Source: Cirrosporium novae-zelandiae (lineage: Eukaryota). From it: a stretch of DNA of 64,000 nt. Of this stretch, positions 26,142 to 40,523 are shown piece by piece (within the stretch, counting starts at the first letter, position 1; the number at the start of each line of letters is the position of its first letter). A model generated the notes under the pieces. That model did no database searches. It was not told the DNA's origin and saw only the letters and a list, made by a program, of their open reading frames with translations. The stretch spans positions 310,001 through 374,000 of the forward strand of contig JAPETS010000005.1 in NCBI GenBank assembly GCA_026023565.1. Direction: 5' to 3'. The position numbers and the translations under genes were made by a program.

Positions 26142-29100
26142 TCACCATTCAATTCCATCGCTTCCTTGTCTAGCTAATATCCTCCTGGCTGCTTCCTCTT
26201 CCCCAATTCCATCATTCAAATGACTACCTCCAAAGGCCTTCCTGCCCTTCACCCTCTTATATTTACCGTCATATTTCTCAAACCGACTTTTAGTCTCCCC
26301 AGCCCTAACTTTCCATTTCTCTGTCCCTAGTACGCTATCGAGTTCTTCGACAGAAGGTAACTTGAGGTACACCATTCCATCGTCCCTCTCCTCCGCCGGG
26401 AAAGTAGCGATGTTCATGGATTCATCATTCGAGCATTTTCCTGCCTCCGTGCCGTTGAGGGTGTAGTTTCTTTTGTGGTAGGGACAGGAAACCCAGAACT
26501 TTCCGGTTTCCATGTCATCGCCTACGAGACCGTCGCTCAGCACAAAGGCCCTCTTATGTGGACACATCTGCTGCGTCGCATAGTATCGTCCCTTGATCTT
26601 GAAAATGGCAAGCTGTGTATCTCCTCTCTTGACGTTCTGTGAGCTTCCAGTCGGACTCGTATTATTAAATTTGTCCGCTTCGATGATGGGTTGCCATGTC
26701 AAATCACTTTTCCACATATGTTCCCTAAAATCTTCTGTGATGCCGTCTTTTAGCCAGTTTGTTGGTCTTGATTGCCCGTGTTCACGCACAACTTCTGTGC
26801 TCTCAACTCGCTCTTCAGTGTTTCCGAATTGTTGGAACGCTTTTCTTCTTTCTGGGTTCTTAATAACTTCTGTTCATTCGCAGAAGTATGAATCCACCAA
26901 CTCGGTCATCTGCTTCTCCAGCTCGGCACAAATATCAAGACAATCTTCCAGCACAACCTTTCTTAGATATTCTATGCCGCCCGGAAGATTCTCGACCCAG
27001 CAAGCTATTCGTTGAAGCTTGTCTACGGTGCGTATGTAGAACATCAGATACCTATCTAGAATAGGTACAACATCATCTGGAGGTATGTCTTTGGCTAGTA
27101 GCTCCGAGTGTCTAGGCGTAGCTCCCCCGTTCCCACCGACGAAGATATTAAAGCCCTTCTCGGTGGCAATAAGACCGAAGTCTTTGTTCTGGGCTTCTGC
27201 GCACTCGCGGACGCATCCACTTACACCACCTTTAATTTTATGTGGGGGCCGAATTGACTTATAGCGTTCTTCAAGCCGGATCGCCATACCCACACTATCG
27301 CCGATGTCGAAACGACACCACGTCGTGCCAACACATGATTTTACTGTTCGAAGTGACTTTGCACACGCGTGGCCAGATTCCATCCCTGCACTGACAAGTT
27401 TGGTCCATATATCTACTAGATCTGATTTCTTTGCCCCAAACATATCGATGCGTTGTCCGCCTGTGATTTTGCAGTAAAGCCCATACTTTTTGGCTACGGT
27501 CCCGATAACAATGAGCTTTTCTGGGGTAATTTCACCGCCTGCTACTCGGGGAATGACAGAAAATGTACCGTTGCGTTGAATATTGGCAAGGAACTTATCG
27601 TTGGTATCCTGGAGACCATGTAAGGATGCATCCATAACGTGCTGGTTGAATAAAGAAGCAAAGATGGAAGCTATGGCGGGCTTGCAGACTTCACAGCCCA
27701 ATGAGTTAGGGTATTTGCCGGCTTCTTTCATGACTTCTGGTAGAGAGCGGAGCTTCTTGGCGAAGATGATGTTGTAGAGGTCAGCACGGGAGTAAGAGAA
27801 GTGAGGGCAGAGATGGTTGAGAACTTCAGCCCCCATAGCTTGCATCTCTTTATTGAAGATGGTTTGAACCAGAGGTATACACCCACCGCATCCTGTTCCA
27901 GCTTTCGTGCAGGATTTCAAATCACCGACACTCTGGCAAGAGCCGTCTTTGATTACCTTTACGAGGTCCCCTTTGCTAACATTGTGGCAAGAACAGATTT
28001 GTGTGTCGTCTGTGAGGTCATGTTATCTTCGCCATCCTTATTGGCACCAAGGATGAATTCGCTTGGGGGAACTTCGAGAGGCTTTCGATTTTTTACCATA
28101 GGTACGAGCTTAACGTAGTCTCTGGTGTCTCCGATCATCATACCACCCAGCAAATATTTCTCATCCATGGTAAATAAATACTTTTTATACACCGCCTGGA
28201 ATGGGTCTTTATAGCTAAGGGTCTTGACACGTGGAACAGAAGTTCCATTAGTAGCACCATTCTGGGTTATCTTGCCTTTTAATTTTATCCTCCCTTCCCC
28301 CTGCAGCCCATCCCTATCCGCGAAGAAATCGCCAAAACTAGCAACATCAACACCTAGGAGCTTGAGTTTCGTACTTAAATCCGGTCTCTTGAATTTTCGC
28401 GGCGAATGCACTTTAGATTGCGTGAGGTTGAATGAAAGAACGTCTGCCATGTCAATCTCAGGTGCAATGAGGCCAAAGGTTTGATTCTCCCAGCTCGCGC
28501 ATTCGCCGATAGCATAGATATCAGGAATGGTTGTGGATAGATCAGGACCAACAACAATTCCGCCTCCACGATTCGCACACTTGATCCCTGCTTGTCTAGC
28601 AAGGTCGTCACGAGCCGTGATTCCGATGGCGAACATCAGGCATCCGCAATCCATTCGCCCTCCATCTTCAAACACGACCCCTTTAACACAATCCATCCCA
28701 TCAACTTCAATCTTTCTGGCCCGTTTATTCAGCATCACATCCAAACCCAACTTTTGGACTAACTCAACAACCATACTCCCGGCATCCTCATCAAGCTGTC
28801 TTGATAGAACCCATCTGTTTCGTTCGATTAACCTGGCCTTGGAAAACTCTTTTAAATCCATCATCGCCTTGGCAGCTTCCAATCCCAACAACCCTCCACC
28901 AATGATAGCACCTGTTGTGCCTTTGACCGTCCGAGCAAAAGCTATCAGCTTTTGCAAGTCGTCAATGGTTCTATAGACAAAAACGCCCTTAGCGTCATGA
29001 CCTGAGGTATGGTAGGGAATAACGGCATTAGACCCGGTAGCAAGGACAAGAATGTCATAAGAGATTCTATCCCCTTTGGCTGTTGTAACGGTTTTACTTC

Positions 29101-29599
29101 CTGGATCAATTAAAGTGGCAAGGGTGTTGAGGTGGTAGCTTAGAGAACCTTCTGGCATGCTAGTATACTATATCAGAGATGGTTGAATCAGTACAGCCCT
29201 TCTAACTTTGAAGCAGTCATATCAGCACTTCCATACCCATTCCTCCGGGTTCAAATATAAATTTTCCGCCTGCCGATGCTGAAAGAAGCTTGTCAACCCC
29301 ACCCGATTACATGCTAGATGGGATTCTTCTCCGATAACTATTATATTGTATTCTCGACATTTGGCATCCAATTTCATTAGTTTCTCGCTATCATCAGATG
29401 GGTCAATAGACGTCCTTTGGCAAGAAAAAATTCAGCCAGCTCACATAAAAACAATTCCAACCATACCTAAGCCAACGACGACAACTCGCTTCCTCTCCTC
29501 CGGGGACTTTGGGCATACCTCCCCATTCAATTTAGGATGATTATCATTAATAGATTCAGCACCAGTCACATCTTGCCCCAGGGAAATTCTCGGTGCCAT
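26142..29599 (-). pseudogene. niiA: NAD(P)H nitrite reductase, disrupted
   Basis: All domains are present ([37 protein letters not shown], siroheme VKSCVGTTWC and GCVRECA, Rieske CPH..CPYH). There is a frameshift at ~28020 and an in-frame TGA at 26874-26876 in place of the Trp of YFCEW. Confidence 0.88.
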
Positions 29600-30264
29600 G
29601 ATAGCACATGGAATAAAAATAAAGATATAATTCATAAACGGAGGGAGGTCAGACATGCAAAAGAAAGGAAGGGTAATATCGGAATAGATAGAGATAACCG
29701 TACGAAGGAAGTGTAGGTACTTCCGCGCAAGTACACCGGAGATCTCATCACCTTTTCTCGTCCCGTTATTGACACAGAACACATTTTTAGTGGAATTTCA
29801 GCATCCATTGAATCGGGTTGTATTACTATACTGCGAGATTGCTGCAGCTAATTGTGTAATTTGATCCTTTAGCGGTTTCTCGGAAATGCTGGGTGGGCAA
29901 GGACGGTTGTTGTTTTTCCACGGGCTTCGATAGACGGGATGAACGGAGGGGGTTGAAACTCTAACAAGGGAGACTAGCACGTGACAAGGGAAGTAACGAT
30001 CTGTGGTTTCTGTTAAGGATCTCGGAAGATGCCGTGCCAAGACTAGATAGTATAACTAGAATATTTTGGATAAATTTAATAAAGAACCATACACAAAATC
30101 ACAGATCGTCAACAGGGATAAGAATCCCTTTGTTTATATTTTTTTTCTTTTATCACTTTAATTTAATGGATTTGAATAGAGAGTAATATGAATATCTATC
30201 CATGCCATTTTTCAAAAATTAATTCCTTGTAAATGCTTATGCCATCTCAGCTCTTGATACCATT

Positions 30265-32988
30265 TCAGAAGAAAAGTAATTGCTCATCCCTCCATCCTTG
30301 CTCCTTTAGTGCAATGCGCATACTTGTCTCCAGCGCTTCCGGTCCACAAAGCAATACCAATGTCTCATCGTTTCTTTCACAGTACTCTTCTACCATTCTC
30401 CCTGAAATCCGTCCTCTCAGGCCCTTCCAGTCATCCCCTCCTCGGGTAAGCGTATGAATTATTTTCCCTTTCTCCTCTTGTCCTAGAGTAAGAGCATCCA
30501 GATCTTTTTTGCAAAGGATGTCCTCGACAAGTCTATTCCCGTAGAATACTATGCACCGCGTTTTGTCAGAAGGATTTTGCATGACTTTTCGGAAGACTTG
30601 GAAGATAGGGGTGATTCCACTGCCGGCACAGATCATGATAAATGACTCTGGGTGTATGTGGTCGCCGTTGATCAGGCAGTCACCTTGTCCCTTATATTCG
30701 AACTTCCCAATTGGACCCTTGAAATCGACAGAGTGACCAGTCGGCAGCGCATCCAACGCCTTTGACATTTTTCCTCCCCGGGCTTCTTTCGTGTCAAAGT
30801 AGACCTTGACTAGAATGTCTAGATATCCTTTCTTGCTGGTTTCGGATATCGGCGTATAACTTCGTACGATGACCTCTCCTGTAACAGAGTCTCGTAACCG
30901 GACTAGCAAATGCTGACCCACAGGTAATCCAAGGAGTTGATTTTCGTGTTGGAGCTTGAATTTAAAAATTCGAGCGTTCCACGAAATAATTTTCTTTTCG
31001 ATCAAAATAGCTTTTGCCCACATCCTAGAGTTCAGAAAGACAGGTCGCTTCTCAGAGGAACCATCCCGTTGGACCTCACCCTCGCCCAGTATATTTTTTG
31101 TAGCTTTATCTATAGTTCCAATATGGTACGCCGACATCATAGCCTTTGCTGTTTCACTGTCTGGCTGGTTGTTAACACCGAGGGATCTTTGTATCCATGA
31201 AATAATACTTACGAGTTGCCATGAACTCTTCTGTGGCATCCGTCCCAGCAGCAGAAACGATGCTTTGAGCTCCGCCAGGATGCTCTTTCAGGAAAGTAGT
31301 TCCGTCATACACCTCACCATCTAGAACGAACCATGGCTGTTCAGCGATATCATGCTTTCGAAGTTCATCGAGCGTAATGCTTCGGTTAATATCATCCTTC
31401 GTCATTTTCACTTCTTCCGCTGCTGGTGCCTCCGAATATCCAGTCCCGGTTCTTTCTCCCCAATATCCGTTTGTTAGATCGCCACCAGCCCCCTTTACCT
31501 TTTCCATCCATCCTCCAGGTTGCAGCGCGGGCTGGGTCGGATGCTCAAAACGTAAATAGTCCCCCTCGTGGGTGATCATAACACGAAACCAGTTATTATT
31601 CATCATCCCCAGAACACTCCAATACATATCCCTCGGCTGGATATTCATACTCTCATCCATTGCTCGAACTAGTAAATCCTTGCTATTCCGGAGTTCTAAA
31701 GTTGAAATATCCAAGGACCAGAAACACCAACAAAAGCAACTTTCTCTCCACCACATATCCAGCTGTCCTCCGTACAAGTCCTGCTCAACTTCACGGTACC
31801 GATCTTCGGCGTAGTCGATATCTGCTAATCGCCACGTTCGACCTTTATCAAGAGACAGTTCGACTCTGGTGATCCGGCGACCACCACCTCCATAAGCATA
31901 GCCTCTGGTGCTGTACTTCTCTGGGCCATTTAGTAGGCAAAGCCGCTCTTCGTGGGCAGGGTATGCAATAACCGAGTTGGTACTAAGATCATATATAGCA
32001 TATCGATCATCCATCCACCATTTTGGATTATTAGCAGACTCTTCAGGGGATACCATTGTTCTATAAGCGATCAGATCTCTATACATAAATAATGGCTAGC
32101 TGCATACATACGGCAAGACCCTATTATCATAGATATGGTACCAGCTATCGCTGGGCGTGCCTGTTAAGATAAGTCTTTTGATCCATTTGACGCTCCTACC
32201 ACCTATTTGCCCAGGTATAACGGCCCGCAGAGGCTTCCCATGATCTGGTCTGAGCATTTCGCCGTTCATCTTATACGCCAGCATCATGCCTCTATTAGAG
32301 TCCAAAATCCAATTTAACCTAACCGATGTACCATAATATCCATTGGGCTTGGAGAAGACATCAGTATGAATTTCGAAAACTTATGTCACACATACAAGCT
32401 TATCGGCACCCTCCATGCAAACATATTTGGCTGTCCTCTTCGGCTTCGCCTTCCTTATAACGTCCGCCATAATAACGCCGGTCCATAATGCTGTAGATAC
32501 TCCCGCAGCACCCCATGAGAACCCTTTACTCTTGCGCACTTGGTTCTGTTCTTTGCGCCTATTTCCAGCGCAGACTAGAGTAACTGGGTAGGTAACCTGG
32601 TTATAGTCTGAAATAAGTTGCTTTAGTGTTAATATCATAGGCTTTTCGACCAACCTATAAGATATTAGGGGCCAAGCCCAACAAAATAGGAGGAATTTGC
32701 CTACCCCTCAACTGTAAGCTCCCAGTTTAAAATTTCTTCGTCTGCTACCTGAGGAACCGCCCTATGGTTCCTGACGTAGAAAAGCTCTGGGCTGGTGAGA
32801 AATCCCTCATTGAACAGCTCGGATAATGGGGCTTCAACATTAAATGGATGTACGCCAGTAAGGCGTATCAGTCGTGGATCTCGGGGGACATGGGCATCGG
32901 GGGTTGCTTTGTCAACCTCTAGGACCTGTGGGGGTATGGATGTTGGAGGCGGCAATGGAATGGCTCTATTTTTGTATTCCTCCATCAT
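30265..32988 (-). CDS. niaD: Assimilatory nitrate reductase (Moco, cytochrome b5 and FAD/NAD(P)H domains)
   Basis: Five exons splice in frame: RLTGVHPFNVE, LVCAGNRRKEQN, DHGKPLR..PGQIGGRSVKW, GMMNNNWF, HPGG, RSYTP, GSGITP, CGP. The start codon is uncertain. Confidence 0.9.
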
Positions 32989-33185
32989 TGGACATATAGT
33001 CAATTGTCTACTGAAGGGAAGGTGGCAGATTTTGCATATTTTGTAGCCTATTAAGGCCAAGATATAGGCATGATACAGAAGCAGAGACATTCAATATATA
33101 AGACAAGATCCAAGACAGCCACATGAAGCTACGAGAAGCTCTTCCAATTCCACTTGAATGCGCCAAAGAATAGGTAGAATATGTA

Positions 33186-33370
33186 CTCCGAGGACAACAC
33201 CAAACAAACAACGGATAATAGCACGTTAGCCATGAAGGAGCGAAGGGATCGCCCCATCAAAGATTGGGATTAAAATGATCTCCTGATCTAGAGCACGGTA
33301 GCCTAATGATTTGGCGTGCACAGGTATGCAAATGATAGATGAAGATTATGGGCTCAAATTGATCCGCGGA
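33186..33370. promoter_or_regulatory. Nitrate-responsive NirA/NIT4 sites upstream of niaD
   Basis: CTCCGAGG at 33186-33193 (NirA consensus CTCCGHGG) and TCCGCGGA at 33363-33370 (NIT4 octamer), with GATA elements nearby. Confidence 0.6.
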
Positions 33371-34041
33371 AATAGTAAGACGGGATGATGGGATGTGAAT
33401 ATTAAACTTAGTTCCTTATCTATGATTCCATGAAAAGTACCGCAATACCGTGTGAAGGAATCAAGTAGGATGGACGAGGGAATTCTGTAAGAGGATTAAA
33501 TTGGTAGTTCATAAAATCCCAAAAAATATCAGCATATAGAATTGTGATGATGTATTTTATTAAAGAAAAAAAGGATTCCTCGGGTAGTGCCGCGCACGGC
33601 AAACATGATTCCATAGGAATCATTTACTACTCGTCCCCAGTTGCCACATAGAACCTTGTTAGTGACCTATAAGCTTGGAAGGATTTGTAATCCATTACTT
33701 CTACTCATAGGCAAACGTTTTAACCAGCCCCCTCATAATTTAATTTCATTGCAAGCTAACTCCCTGGTTGCGTTGCTGCAATGTTCTAGTCATAAATAAT
33801 CCCCTCGCGCCAATTTGTTCCCTCGGAAAATATCCAAAACTCGAAAGGTGGCCACCTAACGAATACCCCAAAACAATTGCTTCAAAGCCGCAACAGAAAT
33901 TCAAAACACTACTTTCCTCCACCTGATTGGCATGCAAGCAAAATAACAACAGTAGCAGCATCAGACTGACAAAGAAATCCTCCGTATGAAATAAGGAGCT
34001 ATCAAAACATGGTAGGGGCTAAATCGTTAAGATAAGTTGCA

Positions 34042-36548
34042 TCAAGCATCTAACCTCTCAATCCCATCATCCCGATTCTCCTTGTCTTTCTCTTTCTCAT
34101 ACGAACTCCTCTTTGTGCTGGCAATTCCGCTACCACGCCATCTTGCCATGACCCCACCCCAACTACCACTGGTTCTTTCATTTTCTTTCTCTCTCTCTTG
34201 GATTGAGGATGTTGGTGAAATAGGAGACGTAGTGGACGAAGCATCTGTAGTTGAGCTGGCTGGGTGCGAGGACCCACGTATCCGATCGGCGGCCCATGAT
34301 CCCCATCCTGCAACATAGGAGCTAGCACGCTGGCCAGCAGCCGACACTGATGCCTGTACTTGTGACGCATCTGGACCACTACGAGAGATATTCGTAGATT
34401 GTGATGAGACCGAGGCGCGTCGTACTGTTGTCATTGATTCGTTTGCTGGAGAATTCGCCGCTGCCTCCATCTGCCGCCTTCGTTGAGCTTCCCTGAGCGC
34501 TTCGACCTCGGCCCATAGATTTTGCATAGCGGATGAGGCTTTTGCCCGCCCAGCTGCAAGGTGTTTACTGAGATTTTCTCGGCCCTCCCGGACTCGCTCG
34601 TCGAGATGCAATGACTCAATTTGCTGCGTCAGACGGCGAGAAACATCGTCTAAGGATAAAGGGCCAGATGTGGGGTGCTGCGGGGGTATCAAATCAAAGA
34701 GATGGGGGGATGTATGCGTGTTGAAAAGTGTGAACGCATGGGTAGAAGTGAACGCATTAAGAAAAGCCATAGAAAAGTCAGGGGCTGGGGAAGGAGGGTC
34801 GGTGCTGGCTGAAAGGGAGCCTGCAGCCTGTAGATAAATGTGGTATTTTAGAGTAGATAGGAAGGATAGGAGATATTCTTCGAATTGGTTTCGGATATAC
34901 TCTTCCGAACCCGCGTACCCTAACGTGTTAGGCCGAGAAGGGTTTACTAATGTCAGACGGTTAGATTTTAAAAAGAGTAGCAAAGAGACAATAAAGAACT
35001 ACCTTCGTCCCAAGTCTCGTTTACTGTTTGGGTGAGTGAATCTACCCACCTCCTGTCGGCTGCGGATAATGATAGCGCTTGTCGGAGGGAGGGAGATGTT
35101 ATATTGATAGTTCCTTCATCAAGCTATCGTTTGTATTAGCAAGAGTCTTAGCCACATAATGAAGTGGTCTCGCACATTAATAAGTATGTCACTATATCTG
35201 TCCCGTTGTTGTAATAGAAGCGAATTCGTCGAGCCAACCATGTATGACTTGGTGTCACGGTCTGCGAGGATGTCTAACTGTTGTAATGGAGTGTATGGTC
35301 CAAAGAAAGCGCCCTTCACCAACCATTAAATCCAAATAGATGCCAAGGGCTTACGAGAATTACCTTTCCAAACACCTGTAACGGCAGTCCCATATACGCG
35401 AGTACTTCGCAACATTTAGCTACCTCGAGAGTTGCAAGGGAGCAATGTCTTACAAGAGTTCCTATCGCTTGATTTCAAGGAAGTGGGCATCACCATGGCT
35501 TTCTCGTGATTATCCAATGCAGGATCCGCGCAGTCTTGAAGGTCCTTTAAAAGGCCTGGTATGAGGGATATTAAAGAAAATTGCATCATGCAAACTCTTT
35601 CGCATCTCGAGGCAAAAAACAACATCTGCTTCGATTAATTGTGCAATATCAGCCGATGGAACACCACCTCATACCTTAGGCTGTAATAGGCAGCATTTGA
35701 ATAAGACCAATGTCTGGGACTTCCAATCGTGGATGAATTCTCGTAGCCCAAGTCCTAAGAAGCATCAGAAAAAGGCATTGTCTCCGCTCTAGATAACAAC
35801 ACACTAACCGAGGAACTGATCCGGTTCATCATCTAAGTACTTCATATTCTTCGCCAGACTCTCTTGAAAATCCTATGGCCTATCTTAGTATGACCCAATG
35901 GCTTCGTATCCAGCTTACTGACCAACCTTGAGAATCTGTGTGTCCGTGAAGTCTCTACCACCTCCATTATCAGCACCACCATCTCCAAATAATGGGTTAT
36001 GTTGGTAGGATGTACTTTTGGGAAAACCAAGCCTGAGTAACGATGGAAAGTTTTTCTCTCAGTTGCCCGAAATGTTGAGGACTTTGTGCTATAACAACTA
36101 CGGCCTTCTGTACCGTGGATCTTGTCACGTCTGGGGGCCTGACTTTTAGATCGGCTGCGTCTATTTGCCTTGTGCAGGAGATACCAAAGAGAGACGTTGC
36201 AGGGTCTGAATTGGTCGCCGCCTTACGGAGGGTAAAATACGAAAAGTCTTCGGTGGCTCTGCTTGGGATATGAGCAATGGCAAAGAAAGGCGCGAGAGGA
36301 CTGAGGCGAACGTATGAGCTCCATCTGAAAGTGCCATGAATGGCAATAGATTCCAATCGTTGTCAATGGCAGGGTCGACTCCATCTTCGGTGCCAAACCA
36401 ATTCTCAATCTCAGGACCTCTGAACGGGAGGTGGTAAGCAATACGCAACAGCGATGAACTCGAAACACAAAATTCTGGAGAAGACTCACCTCGCATGATG
36501 AAAATCAACGACTGTCACGAGTGGAAAAGACTCAGTCGAAGAAGCCAT
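34042..36548 (-). CDS. AVL9: Late secretory pathway protein Avl9 (DENN-like)
   Basis: Multi-exon: VTVVDFHHARGPEIE, LPFMALSDGAH, EDFSYF, SLFGISCTRQI, VTRSTVQKAVVV, QFSLISLIPGL, FFGPYTPLQQ, GSTNSLL, GSEEYIR. Confidence 0.92.
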
Positions 36549-37258
36549 GATTATTATCAATAATTAAAAAATCTTGGTTATGGTATTTCCCCGGTGACGA
36601 GCAAGTGGTGCTCAAGCACCATTAGCTGGTAAGTGAAGTGAGCCTCCATTACCGAACACAGAATGCAGATCGCTAAATTCGTACACAGTGTACAGCCTGA
36701 CGGGGCCCATTAACTATACGCTTGAATGTCCACCTTTTTGTCCACCCAGACTTGAATGAGACCAACATTTCCATGTCTTACAAGCCGTACATTCATTGCT
36801 ACTGCTATTAATTAATATGTCTATTACATGGGGAGCATCAAAATGTTATGTCATCTATCATGGAATTTATGCATGCTACATGAGGGACAACTCATCAAAT
36901 CATGTGATATAGCATTCGAATTTGAATCTTCCTAGGTAGTCGTAAGAATTCCTTCCCATCCTTTGGAGCACTCTCGTCTATCCTACGCCTGTAGACATCA
37001 TTGTGCGTGGCCAAAAATCGTAGCAAACGTTCATCATCTCCTTGCTTTGTTATTTTGCATTATAGGAGTCCGCTGGTTCCAATCAGTCGGAGAATTCACC
37101 GAGTGCGCAACCTTGGCGCTACGGCCGGAATCGTCCAAGTCAACACTTGCCTGCAATATCGAACCCAAGAAACCAGACAACCCTCTCAGTCATTCATTCG
37201 AGTCTAATCAATTAGAAATAGGTATCCATCCTAACCCAGTAGTTCATAATTTGTCTCG

Positions 37259-38779
<1,521 letters not shown>

Positions 38780-40523
38780 GTTGTTGATAAAGGGCAGTCA
38801 ATTCCCGTTATTCTGGAATGTGGCGGGGTGAATCGAGCAGAGATGAAAGGTATGAGGGTTTGTTTCGGGGGAAGGAATAGTGGTCGAAGTTGACTTTGGC
38901 CTATAGGCGCTATGGAGGAAGGGCGAGCGCAATGGCGGCCGGCAATCTGGGAGGGAGGGTTGGGGGGGTTGTTTTTTTTTAAATAATAATAATAATTGTT
39001 TCCAAGATTTATAAACGGAGTGATACGGGAGATCAGCAAAGTGAACTGAAAAGTCGGGCGAAAAGGAAAAGGGAAGAAGCAAATTCTCTATAGGGAGGGG
39101 GGGAGGGTTTTGGATGGGGATTTAGTCGAGAGATCACAGAGTCACAGAGGTGGTAGAGAGTGAGTGGTAGAGAAGTGTTAGAGAGTGGTAGAGTACATGT
39201 AGACTATTAACAGTATTCTTGCTACACGTACTAGACTAATAAGAAACCTGATGCATCCCCTTCCTAAGCCTTCCTAGCCTTGCAAATCTGCAAACCTGCA
39301 AACTGACCACGGGCTACCCACCGGCATATCTTTCCACCCTCTCATTTTCCTATTTTCCCATGACACCCAATGCCCTCCCATGCCCTCCCATGCCCTTCCG
39401 TAACAGCCGCCTATGTAATGGGATCTTTTATTCCCACTAAGCATAATCAATCCCCACCATGCTTTCCCCAAGGATCCAATGCCATTCTCAATCACCGCCA
39501 CAACCTCCAGTTCTTGACATGCTTGACTATTATGACTATCAATAATGGCTATCGTGACCATCGTGACTATATACTCGAGTACACCATCAAGTATTGATGA
39601 GATATTGCTGAGATGTAAACCACTCTTTTCTCTCAATTTAAATAAATCAAATCAAATCAAATCAAGGTTATCGGTGGATAAAGAGGGGCAAAAGAAAAGA
39701 GAGTACCTAGGTAATTACTATCCAGCCACCAGCCACAAAAACACACTCCGCTACTACTCTGTACCTACGTAACTACGTAAATCACTAGGAAGAGTACGGT
39801 AATTAGCTGATTTCTTCTTCCACCTTATTCGTCAGAGAAACCCAACCAGGTCACACACTTTCAACCCTCCATAACAAGTCATCAAGGACTCCAAGGAAGG
39901 ACAGGACACAACATCTAAGGCTACAAAAATCATCGGCTACCATTTCCTACTCTTTGGAAACCTATAGCTACACCCACTACGGAGATGCGAAGCTGCCACC
40001 CTTAAACCTATAGGTAGCTATCATCGTTAACATCATTTCCTATGCTGTCTCTATCACCCCAGACTATTACTGTGAAAGACCTCCCATATCCTTTAAAAGA
40101 CCACCATGAGAACTCCTTAGAATGCCATGCCGCAAAACTTTAGCTGAATCCCACTACTCTTTTTTTCATAGACGCCCAAGCCGAATATGACGGAGCGCAC
40201 AGTGGAAACATTGCAAATGCCCTTATTACAATATAAACTGTCGTCTGCGCAATTGATTGCTTCAAGCTTCATGTCATCTTTTGTCTCGTATCATTACCCT
40301 CGCATTTCTGACACATAATGCAATAGAAAGTCAAGACGGATTGTAGCTGCCAACACCATTGGCTAAGGGATTGCATATACTTACAGAGCAATGGTGTTCA
40401 CCTCAAAAGATCTAGTCATTGACGTTGGTTCGTTATCATCACTAAGGCCTTCTAAATGCTTGAACGAATACCCCTAACACTTATGGGTGCTCTTGGCGCA
40501 TTTGGGCCAATTCCACCAAACAT

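Noticed and set aside
26874..26876. TGA in niiA as selenocysteine, readthrough or an alternative genetic code
   Set aside because: It sits at a Trp position and is accompanied by a frameshift and many missense changes; other genes here use TGA as stop and TGG for Trp.
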